Source of the DNA: Planktothrix sp. GU0601_MAG3
GTDB taxonomy: Bacteria > Cyanobacteriota > Cyanobacteriia > Cyanobacteriales > Microcoleaceae
Reading direction: 5' to 3'
Assembly (NCBI GenBank): GCA_035193785.1
Contig: CP136572.1
Span: forward strand, 2,516,578 to 2,580,577
DNA length: 64,000 nucleotides
The translations under genes were made by a program, and so were the position numbers. Shown in pieces: positions 1-12,022 of this stretch. The notes under the pieces are model-generated. The model did no database searches. It saw only the letters and a list, made by a program, of their open reading frames with translations, and had not been told where the DNA came from. Positions within the stretch are counted from its first letter, which is position 1, and each line of letters begins with the position of its first letter.

Positions 1-1170
1 CCAAAAATCACCGGAAATTTAGTTTTAGTGGACTTTGGAGCAGCTAAATTAGTCACGGGGGGAATGCTTCCCAAAACCGGAACTGTAATTGGTAGTGCGG
101 CCTATACCGCCCCGGAACAATTAATGGGAAAAGCGGTTTTTGCCAGTGATTTATATAGTTTAGGGGTGACTTGTATTCATTTAATGACCAATGTTCCGCC
201 CTTTGATTTGTTTGATGGTACGGAGGGAAATTGGGTTTGGCGAGATTATTTGAAAACCCCAGTTAGTGATCAATTAGGTTCTATTTTAGATAAAATGTTG
301 CAGGGGGCAACCCGTTATCGCTACCATTCGGCGGCGGCAATATTACAACAAATTAATCCTAAACCGGATTATGTGCGGGCGATGCCGGGATTAACAATTA
401 ATCCTGAAGTTGGGTTTAAACCGTTATTAGAACAGCCCAAATTAATTAGTCCTTCCCCAGATATTTCTATTGATAAAATTCCTCCAGAAAAACCGATTAA
501 TAAAATCACTCAAATTCAAGAGGCAATTCAAAAGCGTTTAGAACCCTATGGAATTGTTCAGGTACAGGTGAATAAAACTCAGATCAATCAGTTAACAATT
601 GTTTTAAATCGAGATGAAAATAGAGAGATTAAATATAAACAGTTAGTACCTGTGATTGGTTATGAATTAACTCATTTTCAACTGAATAGGATTGAGAAAG
701 TTAAGATTTTAGGCAGGGTAAATAATAGGGAGGTTCCCGAATGGCAATCTTCGTTAAAAGTAGACCGAAAAACCCAGTGGAAGAATACAATTATTAGATT
801 TCAAAATAATAATATTTTATCCCAATTATCCCAACTCCAATCCCCCTCATTTTGGATTAACCAAATCCGAAAGCGAGAATTTTGGATGGATACCTTAATG
901 GCGGCAATGATTGTCTTTATTTTCACCGATAAAATTATTATCCTAAAACCGATAATATCGTTATTAATTGCGGGAGGATTTTGGGGGGTTAAATATCTGG
1001 TCAACCGTGCCTATCCCTTGAATCTCAATCAACTATTTATCACAATCACTACTTTGTTTTTGGTGTTCGGCTGGTTAGACTTAAGAATTTGGGTGCAGGG
1101 ATCTTTTGGTATAATCTTAGCGGGCTTGTTTATGTCCCTGCCTATTTTCTTTTCCCGCCATTCCTCTTAA
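1..1170 (+). CDS. Ser/Thr protein kinase with C-terminal membrane segments (5' truncated by window edge)
   Basis: Frame open from base 1 (PKITGNLVLVDFG); kinase motifs DFG, YTAPEQ, SDLYSLG; hydrophobic C-terminus. Confidence 0.9.
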   Translation, partial: PKITGNLVLVDFGAAKLVTGGMLPKTGTVIGSAAYTAPEQLMGKAVFASDLYSLGVTCIHLMTNVPPFDLFDGTEGNWVWRDYLKTPVSDQLGSILDKMLQGATRYRYHSAAAILQQINPKPDYVRAMPGLTINPEVGFKPLLEQPKLISPSPDISIDKIPPEKPINKITQIQEAIQKRLEPYGIVQVQVNKTQINQLTIVLNRDENREIKYKQLVPVIGYELTHFQLNRIEKVKILGRVNNREVPEWQSSLKVDRKTQWKNTIIRFQNNNILSQLSQLQSPSFWINQIRKREFWMDTLMAAMIVFIFTDKIIILKPIISLLIAGGFWGVKYLVNRAYPLNLNQLFITITTLFLVFGWLDLRIWVQGSFGIILAGLFMSLPIFFSRHSS

Positions 1171-1186
1171 CCTAAGCTTAAACAAC

Positions 1187-1850
1187 GTGCCATTGATTCC
1201 CCCCCAACCCAGTTACGGTTTAGCCATCCATACCAGTAGTCCTGATTTGGGGTTAGCCATCAGTAATTTTCAGGATGTTAAACGCTGTCAATCCTGGGCG
1301 TTAGGACGGGATTTATCCACCCACTTACACCAGTATTTATCAGACTTTATTCAACCTCAAACCTGGTCAGATTTAGCCTGGATTTCGGTGGCTAAAGGGC
1401 CAGGAAGTTTCACCGGAACAAGGATTGGGGTAGTTACTGCCCGTACCCTAGCCCAACAGTTGAAAATTCCGATTTTTGCTATTTCTAGTTTAGCTGCGAT
1501 CGCCCAAAAAGAACAGTTTAACTTGATACAAAATCAAGATAAAAATTCAGTGATTGCCCTGGAAATGCGGGCGCAAAGGGGTCAACTATTTGTAGCAATT
1601 TATGGTAAAAATAGAGAAACTAATTTGGGTGTAGTTCCCCTATTAACCGATAGGGTTATGTCCCCCCAACAGTGGGAACAAACCTTAGCCTCTTGGGACA
1701 GTCCCTATCATCGGGTGCAGATAGAATCAGGGTTAGGAGAAACCGCCATCCAATTACTAGAAACTAGGGTATTTAGATAGGAAATCAGGAAAACAATCCC
1801 ACTGGTCAGAAGCTCTACCCTATTACGGACAACATCCCGTAGATCTCTAA
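1187..1850 (+). CDS. tsaB: tRNA threonylcarbamoyladenosine biosynthesis protein TsaB
   Basis: GPGSFTGTRIG motif; removing one A at 1760-1764 extends the frame to WSEALPYYGQHPVDL*. Confidence 0.9.
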
Positions 1851-1870
1851 AAAAATTCTGGAAAAATGTC

Positions 1871-2816
1871 ATGTTGAGCATAATTAATTCCTCTGAGTAT
1901 TTGACCGATTTATTCCGTAACTTAGCCATAAACAATCTCCTAATTCAAGCTCCACCCGCTCCAGAAATAGCCACCAAAATAAATATCTTACAGGCGTTTT
2001 TTTTGGGATTAATTCAAGGAATAACGGAATTTTTACCCATTAGTAGTACCGCCCATTTAAAAGTCATTCCAGTCATGTTAGGATGGGGAGATCCAGGGAG
2101 TGCCTTTACCGCTATTATTCAGTTAGGAAGTATTGCGGCGGTGGTGGGTTTTTTTTGGCAGGATTTAACTCAAGTGGTCACGGGTTCCTGGCAAGCTATT
2201 CAAAAAAAAGATTATGATTCCGTAGACTTCCGTTTGGCTTTAGGAATTGCTTTAGGTACAATTCCAATTGTATTTTTTGGGCTTCTAATTAAAGTCCTAA
2301 TTCCTGATTATGATAACTCTCCTTTGCGGAGTATGGTAGTGATTGCTGCTGCTTCTATTCTGATGGCGTTTTTATTAGGATTAGCGGAAAAAATAGGCAG
2401 CAGAAAACGTGATTTTGAACATCTAACACCGCGAGATGGAGTATTAATGGGATTGGCGCAAACCTTAGCATTAATTCCAGGGGTATCTCGTTCAGGTTCT
2501 ACCATTACCGCCGGATTATTCTTAGGTTTAGAAACGGGCAACCGCCGCCCGATTTTCCTTTTTATTAGGAATTCCAGCCATTACCTTAGCCGGAGTGGTG
2601 GAATTAAAAGCGGTACTGATTGATGGCATTGGAAATATAGAAATCTTTCCTCTTTTAGTAGGTTTAATTTCCGCCACGATTTTTTCCTATTTATCCATTG
2701 CCTGGTTAATTCGGTATTTACAAAGAAAAAGTACCTGGATTTTTGTTTGGTATCGTCTCGCCTTTGGAGTGGCTATTCTAGCGGCGGTATTAGGAGGTGC
2801 ATTAAAAAATATTTAG
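1871..2816 (+). CDS. uppP: Undecaprenyl-diphosphate phosphatase
   Basis: QGITEFLPISSTAH and PGVSRSGST motifs; two ORFs join after removing one A at 2531-2535. Confidence 0.93.
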
Positions 2817-2831
2817 TTTATAATTATAATT

Positions 2832-2861
2832 CCGTAGAGACGTGCCACGGCGCGTCTCTCT
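2832..2861 (+). repeat. GTAG-headed REP-like palindrome
   Basis: ccGTAGAGACGTGCCACGGCGCGTCTCTCT; identical inverted copy at 13448-13477. Confidence 0.8.
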
Positions 2862-2863
2862 GT

Positions 2864-2908
2864 ATTCGTAATTCGTAATTCGTAATTCATAATTCGTAAT
2901 TCGTAATT
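2864..2908. repeat. Heptamer short tandem repeat (ATTCGTA)n
   Basis: About 6 units visible. Confidence 0.9.
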
Positions 2909-2912
2909 CCCT

Positions 2913-4235
2913 ATGATTAATCCCGCGAAAATTACCACCGTATTACCCGATTCCATCGCAGCAGAAATTGGCTTTGAACCTGGGGATGCCATTATTTCCA
3001 TCAACGGACAACAACCCCGAGATTTAATTGATTATCAATTTTTGTGTGCCGATGAATTTTTAGAATTAGAAGTATTAGATACCCAGGGAAAAACCCATCA
3101 AGTCGAAATAGAAAAAGAATATGATCAGGATTTAGGATTAGAATTTCAATCCGCTTTATTTGATGGATTAATTCAATGTAATAATCGTTGTCCCTTTTGT
3201 TTTATCGATCAACAACCCCCCGGAAAACGGGAAACCCTGTATTTCAAAGATGACGATTATCGCCTGAGTTTTCTCTATGGTTCCTATTTAACCTTAACCA
3301 ATTTATCGCCAAAAGAATGGGATAGAATCGCTCAAATGCGCCTTTCCCCCCTGTATGTTTCCGTCCACGCCACCGAACCCGATATCAGGATTCAGTTATT
3401 AAAAAATCCCCGGGCAGGACAAATTTTAGATCAACTCAAATGGTTTAAAAAAAATCGCTTACAAATTCATGCTCAAGTTGTTGTTTGCCCCGGAATTAAT
3501 GATGGTAAACACCTAGAAAAAACAATTTTAGATTTAGCCCAATTTCATCGCGGAAGAATCCCCACCGTTGCCTCCATTGCCGTTGTTCCGGTGGGGTTAA
3601 CTCGCTTTCGTCCCAACCAAGATGAATTAATTCCCGTAACCCCCGAAAAAGCCCAAGAAATTATTACCCAAGTTCAAACTTTACAACAAAAATTTCAACA
3701 GGAATTAGGGTCAACCTGTGTTTGGATTGCCGATGAACTCTTTTTAATTGCCGGGGCAGAATTACCCCCCGAATCCCATTATCAAGACTATCCTCAAATT
3801 GGTAATGGAGTGGGTTCCATTCGCAAATTTATCAAAGAATTTGAACAAGCGGTAAAAGACTATCCGATTCAATCTTGTTCTACCCCCCATCAGTTTACTT
3901 GGGTGGTGGGAAATGCGGTAGAAAAAGCCTTTCAACCCTTGGTAAACTCCTTAAATGAAATTTCAGGACTAACGGTTAATCTGGTGGCCTTAGCCAGTCA
4001 ATATTGGGGTCAGGAAATCACCGTAACTGGTCTATTAACCGGACAGGATTTGCGACAAAAATTAACCGGAAAAATATTAGGAGATGGCATTTTATTACCC
4101 TCAGTCATGCTCAAACAAGGAGAGGCAATCTTTCTCGATGATATGACCTTAGCAGAACTCTCTGAACAACTGCAAATTCCCATTTTTCCCGTCAGTAATG
4201 TTCAAGAATTGCTCTCAATAGCCCTGGGAGATTAA
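2913..4235 (+). CDS. PDZ-containing radical-SAM-like Fe-S oxidoreductase (TIGR03279/DUF512 type)
   Basis: N-terminal PDZ-like region, CNNRCPFCFIDQ, KDDDYRLSFL. Confidence 0.88.
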   Translation: MINPAKITTVLPDSIAAEIGFEPGDAIISINGQQPRDLIDYQFLCADEFLELEVLDTQGKTHQVEIEKEYDQDLGLEFQSALFDGLIQCNNRCPFCFIDQQPPGKRETLYFKDDDYRLSFLYGSYLTLTNLSPKEWDRIAQMRLSPLYVSVHATEPDIRIQLLKNPRAGQILDQLKWFKKNRLQIHAQVVVCPGINDGKHLEKTILDLAQFHRGRIPTVASIAVVPVGLTRFRPNQDELIPVTPEKAQEIITQVQTLQQKFQQELGSTCVWIADELFLIAGAELPPESHYQDYPQIGNGVGSIRKFIKEFEQAVKDYPIQSCSTPHQFTWVVGNAVEKAFQPLVNSLNEISGLTVNLVALASQYWGQEITVTGLLTGQDLRQKLTGKILGDGILLPSVMLKQGEAIFLDDMTLAELSEQLQIPIFPVSNVQELLSIALGD

Positions 4236-4346
4236 CCGATAGAAAGGTAAATTAATCCCTTTGATTTAACAGTTAGATTAATTTTCCCTACAGGAGTGTC
4301 AAAATAGAGAAAAATAACTATCCAGTAAATTTTTTCCCGGAGGACA

Positions 4347-7300
4347 ATGGCATTTTCCGAAGCGGTTGCACTTTCTTCTCCCACCGACTGTATTAATCGC
4401 AATTTTCTCAGGGTATTTCCCCATAACTCAGTCCTGGATGTGATCCAACAAATGACTCAAGATCCCGATGGGGTTAACCTCAAACCACATCCTAACTGTG
4501 TTTTGGTCTTGGATGATCAACAATTGGTGGGGCTATTGACGGAACGGGATTTTGTTAAATTGGCGACCCAGGGGCGAAATTTACAGGGGACAACCGTGGC
4601 GGAGGTGATGACACGGCCAGTGATTACGGTTCGGGAACAGGAGATTAAAGAACCTCTGGAGATGATTTCGATTTTACGTCAACATCGAATTCGTCACTTA
4701 CCGATTGTGGATGAACAAGGGCAACCCGTGGGAATTGTCACCCCCGAGAGTATTCGGGAAATATTGAAACCCGCAGATATTCTCAAGTGTCGAACTGTTC
4801 AAGAAGTTATGGTACAAACTGTAATTAGTAGTTCCTTAAAAACCAGTGTATTACAGTTAGCCCAACTGATGACTAAACATCAAGTTAGTTGTGTGGTGAT
4901 TGGCAAAAAAATTGCGGATCAAAAAATCCGTCCCTTGGGAATTGTGACGGAACGGGATATCCTCAAACTCCAAGCTTTACAACGGGATTTGAACCAATTA
5001 CAGGCCGAACAGGTGATGAGTCATCCCTTATGTTTAATTGATGCCAATGCTTCACTTTGGGAGGCACATCAAGCGATGAAACAAAGAAAAATTCGGCGGT
5101 TAGTAATTATCAATGAACAGGGATATTTAACGGGGTTAGTCACTCAAACCACGATTTTAAAAGCTATTGATTTGAATGAAATTCATGCGGTTATTTCCGT
5201 ATTAAAACAACAATATAAACAACTTAAAAGCGAAAAAATTAACTTATTAAAGACTTTAAATTCTGATTTAGAAAAAGAAGCTAATAGCAATATTAATAAA
5301 CTAAAAGAACAACATAAAAGATCTCAACTCTTAGGGGATACGGTGTTAAGAATTAGATCTGCTTTGAGTTTAGATGAGATGTTGAATGCCACCGTCACCG
5401 AAGTTCGTCAATTGTTGCAATGCGATCGGGTGATTATTGAGTGTTCAGCAGCAGAGAATCATCGAAAAATGATTGTAGAATCGATTGCACCGCCTCAAGA
5501 ATTAATATTTAATCCTACGGGAATTAATTTTTTTGATTCCTGCGATCTGATTCCCTATGATTTAGTAATTCCGATTGGCGTAGACCATCAAGTATGGGGA
5601 TTTTTAGTAGCTCAGAATTGGCATAATATTCGACCCTGGGAACCGGAAGAACGGGAATTTTTAGAAACCTTATCCGTTCATGTTGCCTTGGGAATTCAAC
5701 AAGCAACTCTCCTAGATCAAGTTCAAAAAGCTAATCGAGAACTCGAAGCCCAAGTTCAAGAAAGAACGGCTGAGTTAGAACAAACCAATCAACAATTAAG
5801 ACAGGAATTAGATCGAATTAAACAAGCCAAAGCCTCGTTAAAACAACAGGAAGCAATTCTCAGGAGTTTTTATAATTCTTCCCCAATGATGATGGGGGTA
5901 GTTGAACTGTTGGAAACGGATATTTTGCATTTATCCGATAATGCAGCAACGGCTAAATTTCTAGGCAAAAATACAGAGGATATTCAAGATAAATTAGCCA
6001 GCGAATTAGGGATAAGTTTTGAGGATATCCAAAATTGGATTAACTATTATCGAGAAAGTCAACGTTTAGGAAAACCCCTCCAGTTTGAGTATGAATATAC
6101 TCGAGATCACGAGACAAAGCAATGGTTATTAGCAACGGTTTCCTATATTGGTTTATCCGAACAGCATCGTCCTCGGTTTTCTTATATTATTGAGGATATT
6201 AGTGATCGCAAACGGGATGAAAAATCCCTACGACTATATGAACGAATTTTTGCAACTACTGGAGATGCAATTTGTTTATTAGATCAGAACTATATTCATC
6301 AAGTGGTAAATCCCGCTTACCTGTACTTGGTGAATCTATCCTTAGAGCAGATAATTGGTCATTCTATTTCTGATATTTTAGGAATTGAAGAATTTAATAA
6401 AAAAAGCAAACCTTATTTGGATCAATGTTTGACCGGGGAAGTAATTACACAGGAGTCTTGGGTAGATATACCAAGGGGAAAACGATATTTGAGACGGACT
6501 TATACCCCCTATTTAGATGAACAGAACATCATCTGTGGCATTGTGGCTAGTATTCAAGATTTAACCCCTTTAAAAGAAACTCAAAACGCCCTCAAACACA
6601 ATGAAGAACTATTTGCTTTAACCATACAACACGCCCCCGATGTCTTTGTGATTTATGATGCGGAACGGCGATTTGAATATATCAATTCACGCACCATAGA
6701 ACGCACAGGATTCCCCAAAGAAAAATTTATTGGTTATCGAGATGAGGACGTTTATCCCCCAGAAGTTTATTCCCAATACCTGCCATTATTAACTCAAACC
6801 ATAACTACAAAAACCTTGCAAATTGGGGAATTTACCTTGCAACTTCCCGGGCTAGAACCCTATATGATTGTGGTTAAATATGTACCAGTTTTAGATAATC
6901 GGGGGGAGATCGAACAAATTTTAGGCATGACCTTTGATATTGGCGATCGCAAACGGATTGAGGAAACATTACGTCAACGGGAAGCCCAATTAAAAGCCCT
7001 AGCTGATAACATTCCTGGGGCAATTTATACCTATGTAAAATGTCCTAATGGGTCTAGTTTTGTTGAATATATGAGTGATGGTTGTTTAGAAGTTTTAGGC
7101 TGGAGTGCGGAGCAAATTATTAATAATCATCAAATTTTAGCCCAGGGGATTCACCCTGAAGATCTGCGGGAAAATCGAGCTAAACTAGCTGAGAGTGCCG
7201 CCGGATTAACTCCCCTATTTTATGAGTTACGATATCGGATGCCTAATGGGTCTTTAAAATGGATTGCAGAGGCTTCCCGTCCCGAACGTCGAGACAATGG

Positions 7301-9318
7301 AGATATTGCTTGGCAAGGGGTAATTTTAGATGTGAGCGATCGCAAAAGAACCGAATTAAAATTAGGAGAAATTAGCGATCGCCTGAATTTCTTACTTAAT
7401 TATTCTCCCATTGTCATTTTAAGTTGTCAGGCTGAAGGCGATTATCCGATTACTTTTATTAGTAGAAATGTTCAGGATATTGTCGGCTATGAACCTGAAA
7501 TATTTTTAGAAGATTCTAGCTTTTGGATTGAACATATTCACCCCGATGATCGGGAAAAGATTTTAACCAACTTAGCCACTAAATTTACGGAAGATTCTTA
7601 TATCCATGAATATCGCTGGCTAAAAGCTGATGGTCACTATAGTTGGTTTCTCACACAGTTAAGAAAAGTCAAAGATGCGGCGGGAAATGTGACCGAAATG
7701 TTAGGGTACTTAATTGATATTAGCGATCGCAAAACCTTAGAACAGGAATTAGCCACATTACTCGAACAAGAAACCCGTCGTAGCGAAGAACTCACCCAGA
7801 AAAATATCGCCCTAGAAACAAGCCCGAAGGGATGCCGAAATCGCCAATCAAGCTAAAAGTGAATTTTTAGCTAATATGAGCCATGAAATCAGAACCCCGA
7901 TGAATGCGATTTTAGGGTTTACGGATTTATTACAATCGGTTGTGAGCGATCAGAAAGCCCGACCTTATTTAGAAGCCATTATTGCCGGAGGTCGCACCCT
8001 ATTAGCCTTAATTAATGATATTCTGGATTTGTCTAAAATTGAAGCGGGTAAACTAGAGTTAAATTATGCCCCCGTTAATTTGCGGGTTATGATTCAAGAA
8101 ATTCAACAAATTTTTCAGCCTAAAGCATTAGGAAAAGGGTTAATTTTAGAAACCCACATTGATGACAAACTACCCCAAACCCTCTATATTGATGAAACTC
8201 GATTACGTCAAATTTTGTTTAATGCGATTGGTAATGCACTCAAATTTACAGAAACCGGATATGTTAATATTTATGCGCGTACTCAGCCCTATTTTGTCTT
8301 CAACGGTGAAAAATTTTGGTTAGAAATCACCATTGAGGATACGGGAATTGGTATTGCTCATGATCAGCAAAATCGGATTTTTGAAGCCTTCGTTCAAAGT
8401 GCTGGACAAAGTAACCGGAAGTATGGCGGAACGGGTTTAGGATTGGCTATTACCCAACGTTTAACCCAGATGATGGGAGGGACGGTATTGCTGCAAAGTC
8501 AACTCGGAAAAGGCAGTATTTTTACCTTTGTATTTCCCGAGGTTTCCCCGGCTCAAAATCAAATGGATTCCGAATCAAATTTGAAAGAGGATCGCAATCT
8601 TAATCAGTTTTATCCTAGTAAAATTTTAGTGGTTGATGATGTAGAATCAAACCGGGAATTGATGCAGGGATATTTTGCGGAAACTCACCATAGATTATGG
8701 TTAGCTGAGAATGGAAAACAGGCTATTTATCAGGCAAAATCCCATCAGCCTGATTTAATTTTGTTGGATTTAAGAATGCCAGAAATGGACGGAAAAGCCG
8801 TGGCGGAATATCTCAAACAGGATCAAAAAACCCAACATATTCCGATTGTAATTATTACGGCGTATTATCAGATTGAAGATTCACTCGAACTGAGTAAAAA
8901 TTATCAAGGATGTTTAATTAAACCCGTTAGTTTAACCCAATTAGTGACGGAATTAAAAAAACATTTACTCCTAAAAACTGAGGAATATAATCTGGAAAAA
9001 GAACCAAATCAAAAAACAGAAAATTGCTTGGTTTTTCCATCTTTGATGATCGGAGCAACCGAGAGAAAAGAACTGTTATTAAACCTGGAACGGGAGGAGG
9101 AACAGGTCTGGAATTCCTTAAAAAATACTTTGAAAACCCGGGATTTGCAGCAGTTTGTTCAACGGCTGGAAACCTGGGGAAAACAGTATCAATATCAGCC
9201 CTTAATTGAATATGCTAAGACCCTAGAAACACAGATAGAAGCATTTGATTGGAATAGTATTCCAGAAACGGTGAATGCTTTTCCCCATATTCGAGAAACT
9301 TTAAAAATTAATTTTTAA
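4347..9318 (+). CDS. Hybrid sensor histidine kinase: 4 CBS, GAF, multiple PAS/PAC, HisKA, HATPase, REC (~1656 aa joined)
   Basis: Removing one A at 7815-7819 joins the sensor ORF to [21 protein letters not shown] boxes; receiver LLDLRMP. Confidence 0.9.
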
Positions 9319-9333
9319 TCAGGAGTTAAACCC

Positions 9334-10272
9334 ATGAAGTTAGAATCATTTATCCCAGAAAACTTTTTAGTTTTGATTGTTGATGATATTACTAATAATC
9401 TCAAATTAGTGGGAAGAATACTTGATGAAGCGGGCTATAATACCACCTTTGCTATTAGTGGTTATCAAGCCTTGAATCGGTTAAAAAACAATAAAATAGA
9501 TTTAATTTTATTGGATTTAATGATGCCAGAAATGGATGGCTTGGAGGTGTGTCAATTTATCAAGAAAGATCCGAACTTAGAAGAGGTTAAAATTATTTTT
9601 TTAACGGCTAGTTATGAAGAAGAAAATTTGATTAATGCCTTTGAATTAGGGGCGGTGGATTATATTACAAAACCGTTTATCAAAAATGAATTATTGGCAC
9701 GGGTAAAAACCCATTTAACCCTAAAACAAACGACAGATAATTTAAAAAGAGCCCTGTTAAAACTTCAACAATTATCCCAACTTGACCCCCTGACTGAAAT
9801 TTTAAATCGCCGGAGTTTTTTTGAATATGCCGAAGCTCAATTCCAGCGTTCAAAGCAGGATAAAAGTGTATTTTCTTTACTGATCTTAGATTTAGACTAT
9901 TTTAAAAAAATCAATGATAATTATGGTCATTTGACGGGCGATCGCACTTTAATAACTTTTACTTTAGCCATTCAAAATTATCTGAGAGAATCTGATTATT
10001 TTGGACGCTATGGAGGAGAGGAATTTATAATTTTACTCCCAGAAACTAATCAGGAAGATGCCCAAAAAATTGCCCAGGAAATTTGTGATTTGATTGCTCA
10101 CCTTTCCATTCCCACTGTTCAAGGGAATTTACAGATCACAGTCAGTATTGGGGTCGCGGTTTTTAGATCCCAGGATACTCGAATTGAGGATATTTTTGAT
10201 CGGGCTGATCAATGTCTATACCAAGCCAAAGCCCGGGGAAGAAATACTTGTTACGCCGAACAATCCCCATGA
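9334..10272 (+). CDS. Response-regulator diguanylate cyclase (REC-GGDEF)
   Basis: LDLMMP receiver, GGEEF active site, RESD I-site. Confidence 0.93.
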   Translation: MKLESFIPENFLVLIVDDITNNLKLVGRILDEAGYNTTFAISGYQALNRLKNNKIDLILLDLMMPEMDGLEVCQFIKKDPNLEEVKIIFLTASYEEENLINAFELGAVDYITKPFIKNELLARVKTHLTLKQTTDNLKRALLKLQQLSQLDPLTEILNRRSFFEYAEAQFQRSKQDKSVFSLLILDLDYFKKINDNYGHLTGDRTLITFTLAIQNYLRESDYFGRYGGEEFIILLPETNQEDAQKIAQEICDLIAHLSIPTVQGNLQITVSIGVAVFRSQDTRIEDIFDRADQCLYQAKARGRNTCYAEQSP

Positions 10273-10307
10273 CAAATATCCATTCAAGTTAACGGTGGAG
10301 ATCCGGG

Positions 10308-10348
10308 AATGGGTAATGGGTTTTGGGTAATGGGTTTTGGGTAATGGG
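10308..10348. repeat. Heptamer tandem repeat (AATGGGT/TTTGGGT)
   Basis: Visible tandem units. Confidence 0.8.
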
Positions 10349-10440
10349 AAGGAAGGAGAATTGGGTTTAAATTTTCTTCTTGTCTCCTGGTATTGCTAAA
10401 CTGGGAACAATCAATATTTTAATCGCGGAGGATTCTATTT

Positions 10441-10827
10441 GTGGACTGGCGAGTTAGAGCCATTCGTGGCGCAACGACGGTTTCAGAAAATTCAGTTGCC
10501 GCCATTCGAGAAGCGGTCATAGAATTATTAGATGAATTGGAAACCCGCAATCAACTTGATCCTCATGAAATTATTAGTATGACATTTTCTGTAACTAAAG
10601 ATTTAGATGCAATTTTTCCCGCCGCCATTGCCCGGGAACGTCCCCTCTGGCACAATGTTCCTTTATTAGATGTTCAACAAATGTACGTCGTAGGTAGTTT
10701 AGAAAAATGTATTCGCTTCTTAGTTCATGTTAACTTACCCAGTCATCAAACCCAAGTTTATCACCCCTATTTAAGAGCAGCAGGAAATCTCCGTCCCGAC
10801 TGGAATTTAAACCCAGTTCATTCTTAA
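10441..10827 (+). CDS. aroH: Chorismate mutase, AroH class
   Basis: RAIRGAT, FPAAIAR, LRPD motifs. Confidence 0.93.
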   Translation: MDWRVRAIRGATTVSENSVAAIREAVIELLDELETRNQLDPHEIISMTFSVTKDLDAIFPAAIARERPLWHNVPLLDVQQMYVVGSLEKCIRFLVHVNLPSHQTQVYHPYLRAAGNLRPDWNLNPVHS

Positions 10828-10946
10828 TAAACGGAGAATGGGGAATAGGCAATGGGCAATATTTTATCCCTTATTTTCTATTCCCTATCCCTTCTTAAAA
10901 CCCATGTTAGGAACCCGAGACTTACACCGGATCAGCAACAATAGGC

Positions 10947-11915
10947 TTACTCTTTTTCCGTTGCCAAAGTAACCGAATTTGATTTGCGATCGCGCCACCA
11001 AGCTAACATTGTACTGGCAATAAAAATACTAGAATAGGCTCCAGCAGTGAATCCAACTAATAGGGCTAAAGCAAAATATTTTAGGGTGTCACCGCCAAAT
11101 AGGAAAATACAAGTTAAGGGTAATAGGGTGGTTAAAGTCGTATTAATAGACCGGGTTAAAGTTTGTTCTACCGCATCATCAACTACTTGATTAATATGTA
11201 GATCAGGATTTCGGGCAATCACTTCCCGAACCCGGTCATAAATTACCACCGTATCGTTAACAGAAAATCCTACAATTGTCAAGAGAGAAACCAGAAATAA
11301 ACTATCAACTTCTACCCCTAAAACTAGGCCTAAAATTGAAAAAATTCCTACGGTAACTAGAACATCATGGAATAAAGCAACAAAGGCAAAAAAGGCATAA
11401 TCCAACCTAAACCGAAAGGTTAAATAAACCGTAATTCCGGCAAAAGATAAGAGTAAAGCCGTTAATCCAGAGATAAAAATTTGACGGCCAACGGTGGGGC
11501 CAACGGTATCAATTTGAATCCCTTTTGGGTCGAAGGCTCCAATTTTTTGACTTAAAGTTGCTTGTAAACTTGTTCGTTCTTCAACATTTAAGGTTTTTGT
11601 GCGAATCGAAACAATTTGTTTATCTTTTTTAGCCGAATCTTTATCTAATAGTTGAATCGAACTATTTGCTAAACCCTGACTCGCTAAAACTTCCCGAACT
11701 TGAGTAATATCAATCGGGCGATCACAATTATTTGGAACTGAACAATCTAGTTCTAATTGTAGACGAGTTCCTCCCACAAAATCCAAAGCCGGACGTAACG
11801 GAGCGCCAATATCTGGCCGACTCCAAGAAATTCCCATAGCGATGATTCCCACCAGAATAATCGCACCGGAAATCGCCCACCATAGGTTGCGTTGTTTAAT
11901 AACACTAAAAGCCAT
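10947..11915 (-). CDS. secF: Protein translocase subunit SecF
   Basis: [22 protein letters not shown]. Confidence 0.95.
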   Translation of the reverse strand: MAFSVIKQRNLWWAISGAIILVGIIAMGISWSRPDIGAPLRPALDFVGGTRLQLELDCSVPNNCDRPIDITQVREVLASQGLANSSIQLLDKDSAKKDKQIVSIRTKTLNVEERTSLQATLSQKIGAFDPKGIQIDTVGPTVGRQIFISGLTALLLSFAGITVYLTFRFRLDYAFFAFVALFHDVLVTVGIFSILGLVLGVEVDSLFLVSLLTIVGFSVNDTVVIYDRVREVIARNPDLHINQVVDDAVEQTLTRSINTTLTTLLPLTCIFLFGGDTLKYFALALLVGFTAGAYSSIFIASTMLAWWRDRKSNSVTLATEKE

Positions 11916-11920
11916 AAATT

Positions 11921-11993
11921 AGTTATCAGTTATCAGTTATCAGTGTAAGAGTAATCAGCAATCAGTTGTAGGGGCGAGAAAACCTCGCCCGTC
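11921..11993. repeat. (AGTTATC)n heptamer repeat followed by a GTAG REP-like hairpin
   Basis: AGTTATC x3, then GTAGGGGCGAGAAAACCTCGCCC. Confidence 0.75.
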
Positions 11994-12022
11994 AGAGTAA
12001 TCTGATAACTGATTACTGACCA

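Noticed and set aside
10441..10827. aroH as part of the aer cluster (prephenate supply for Choi)
   Set aside because: Over 12 kb away, separated by housekeeping genes; an ordinary core gene
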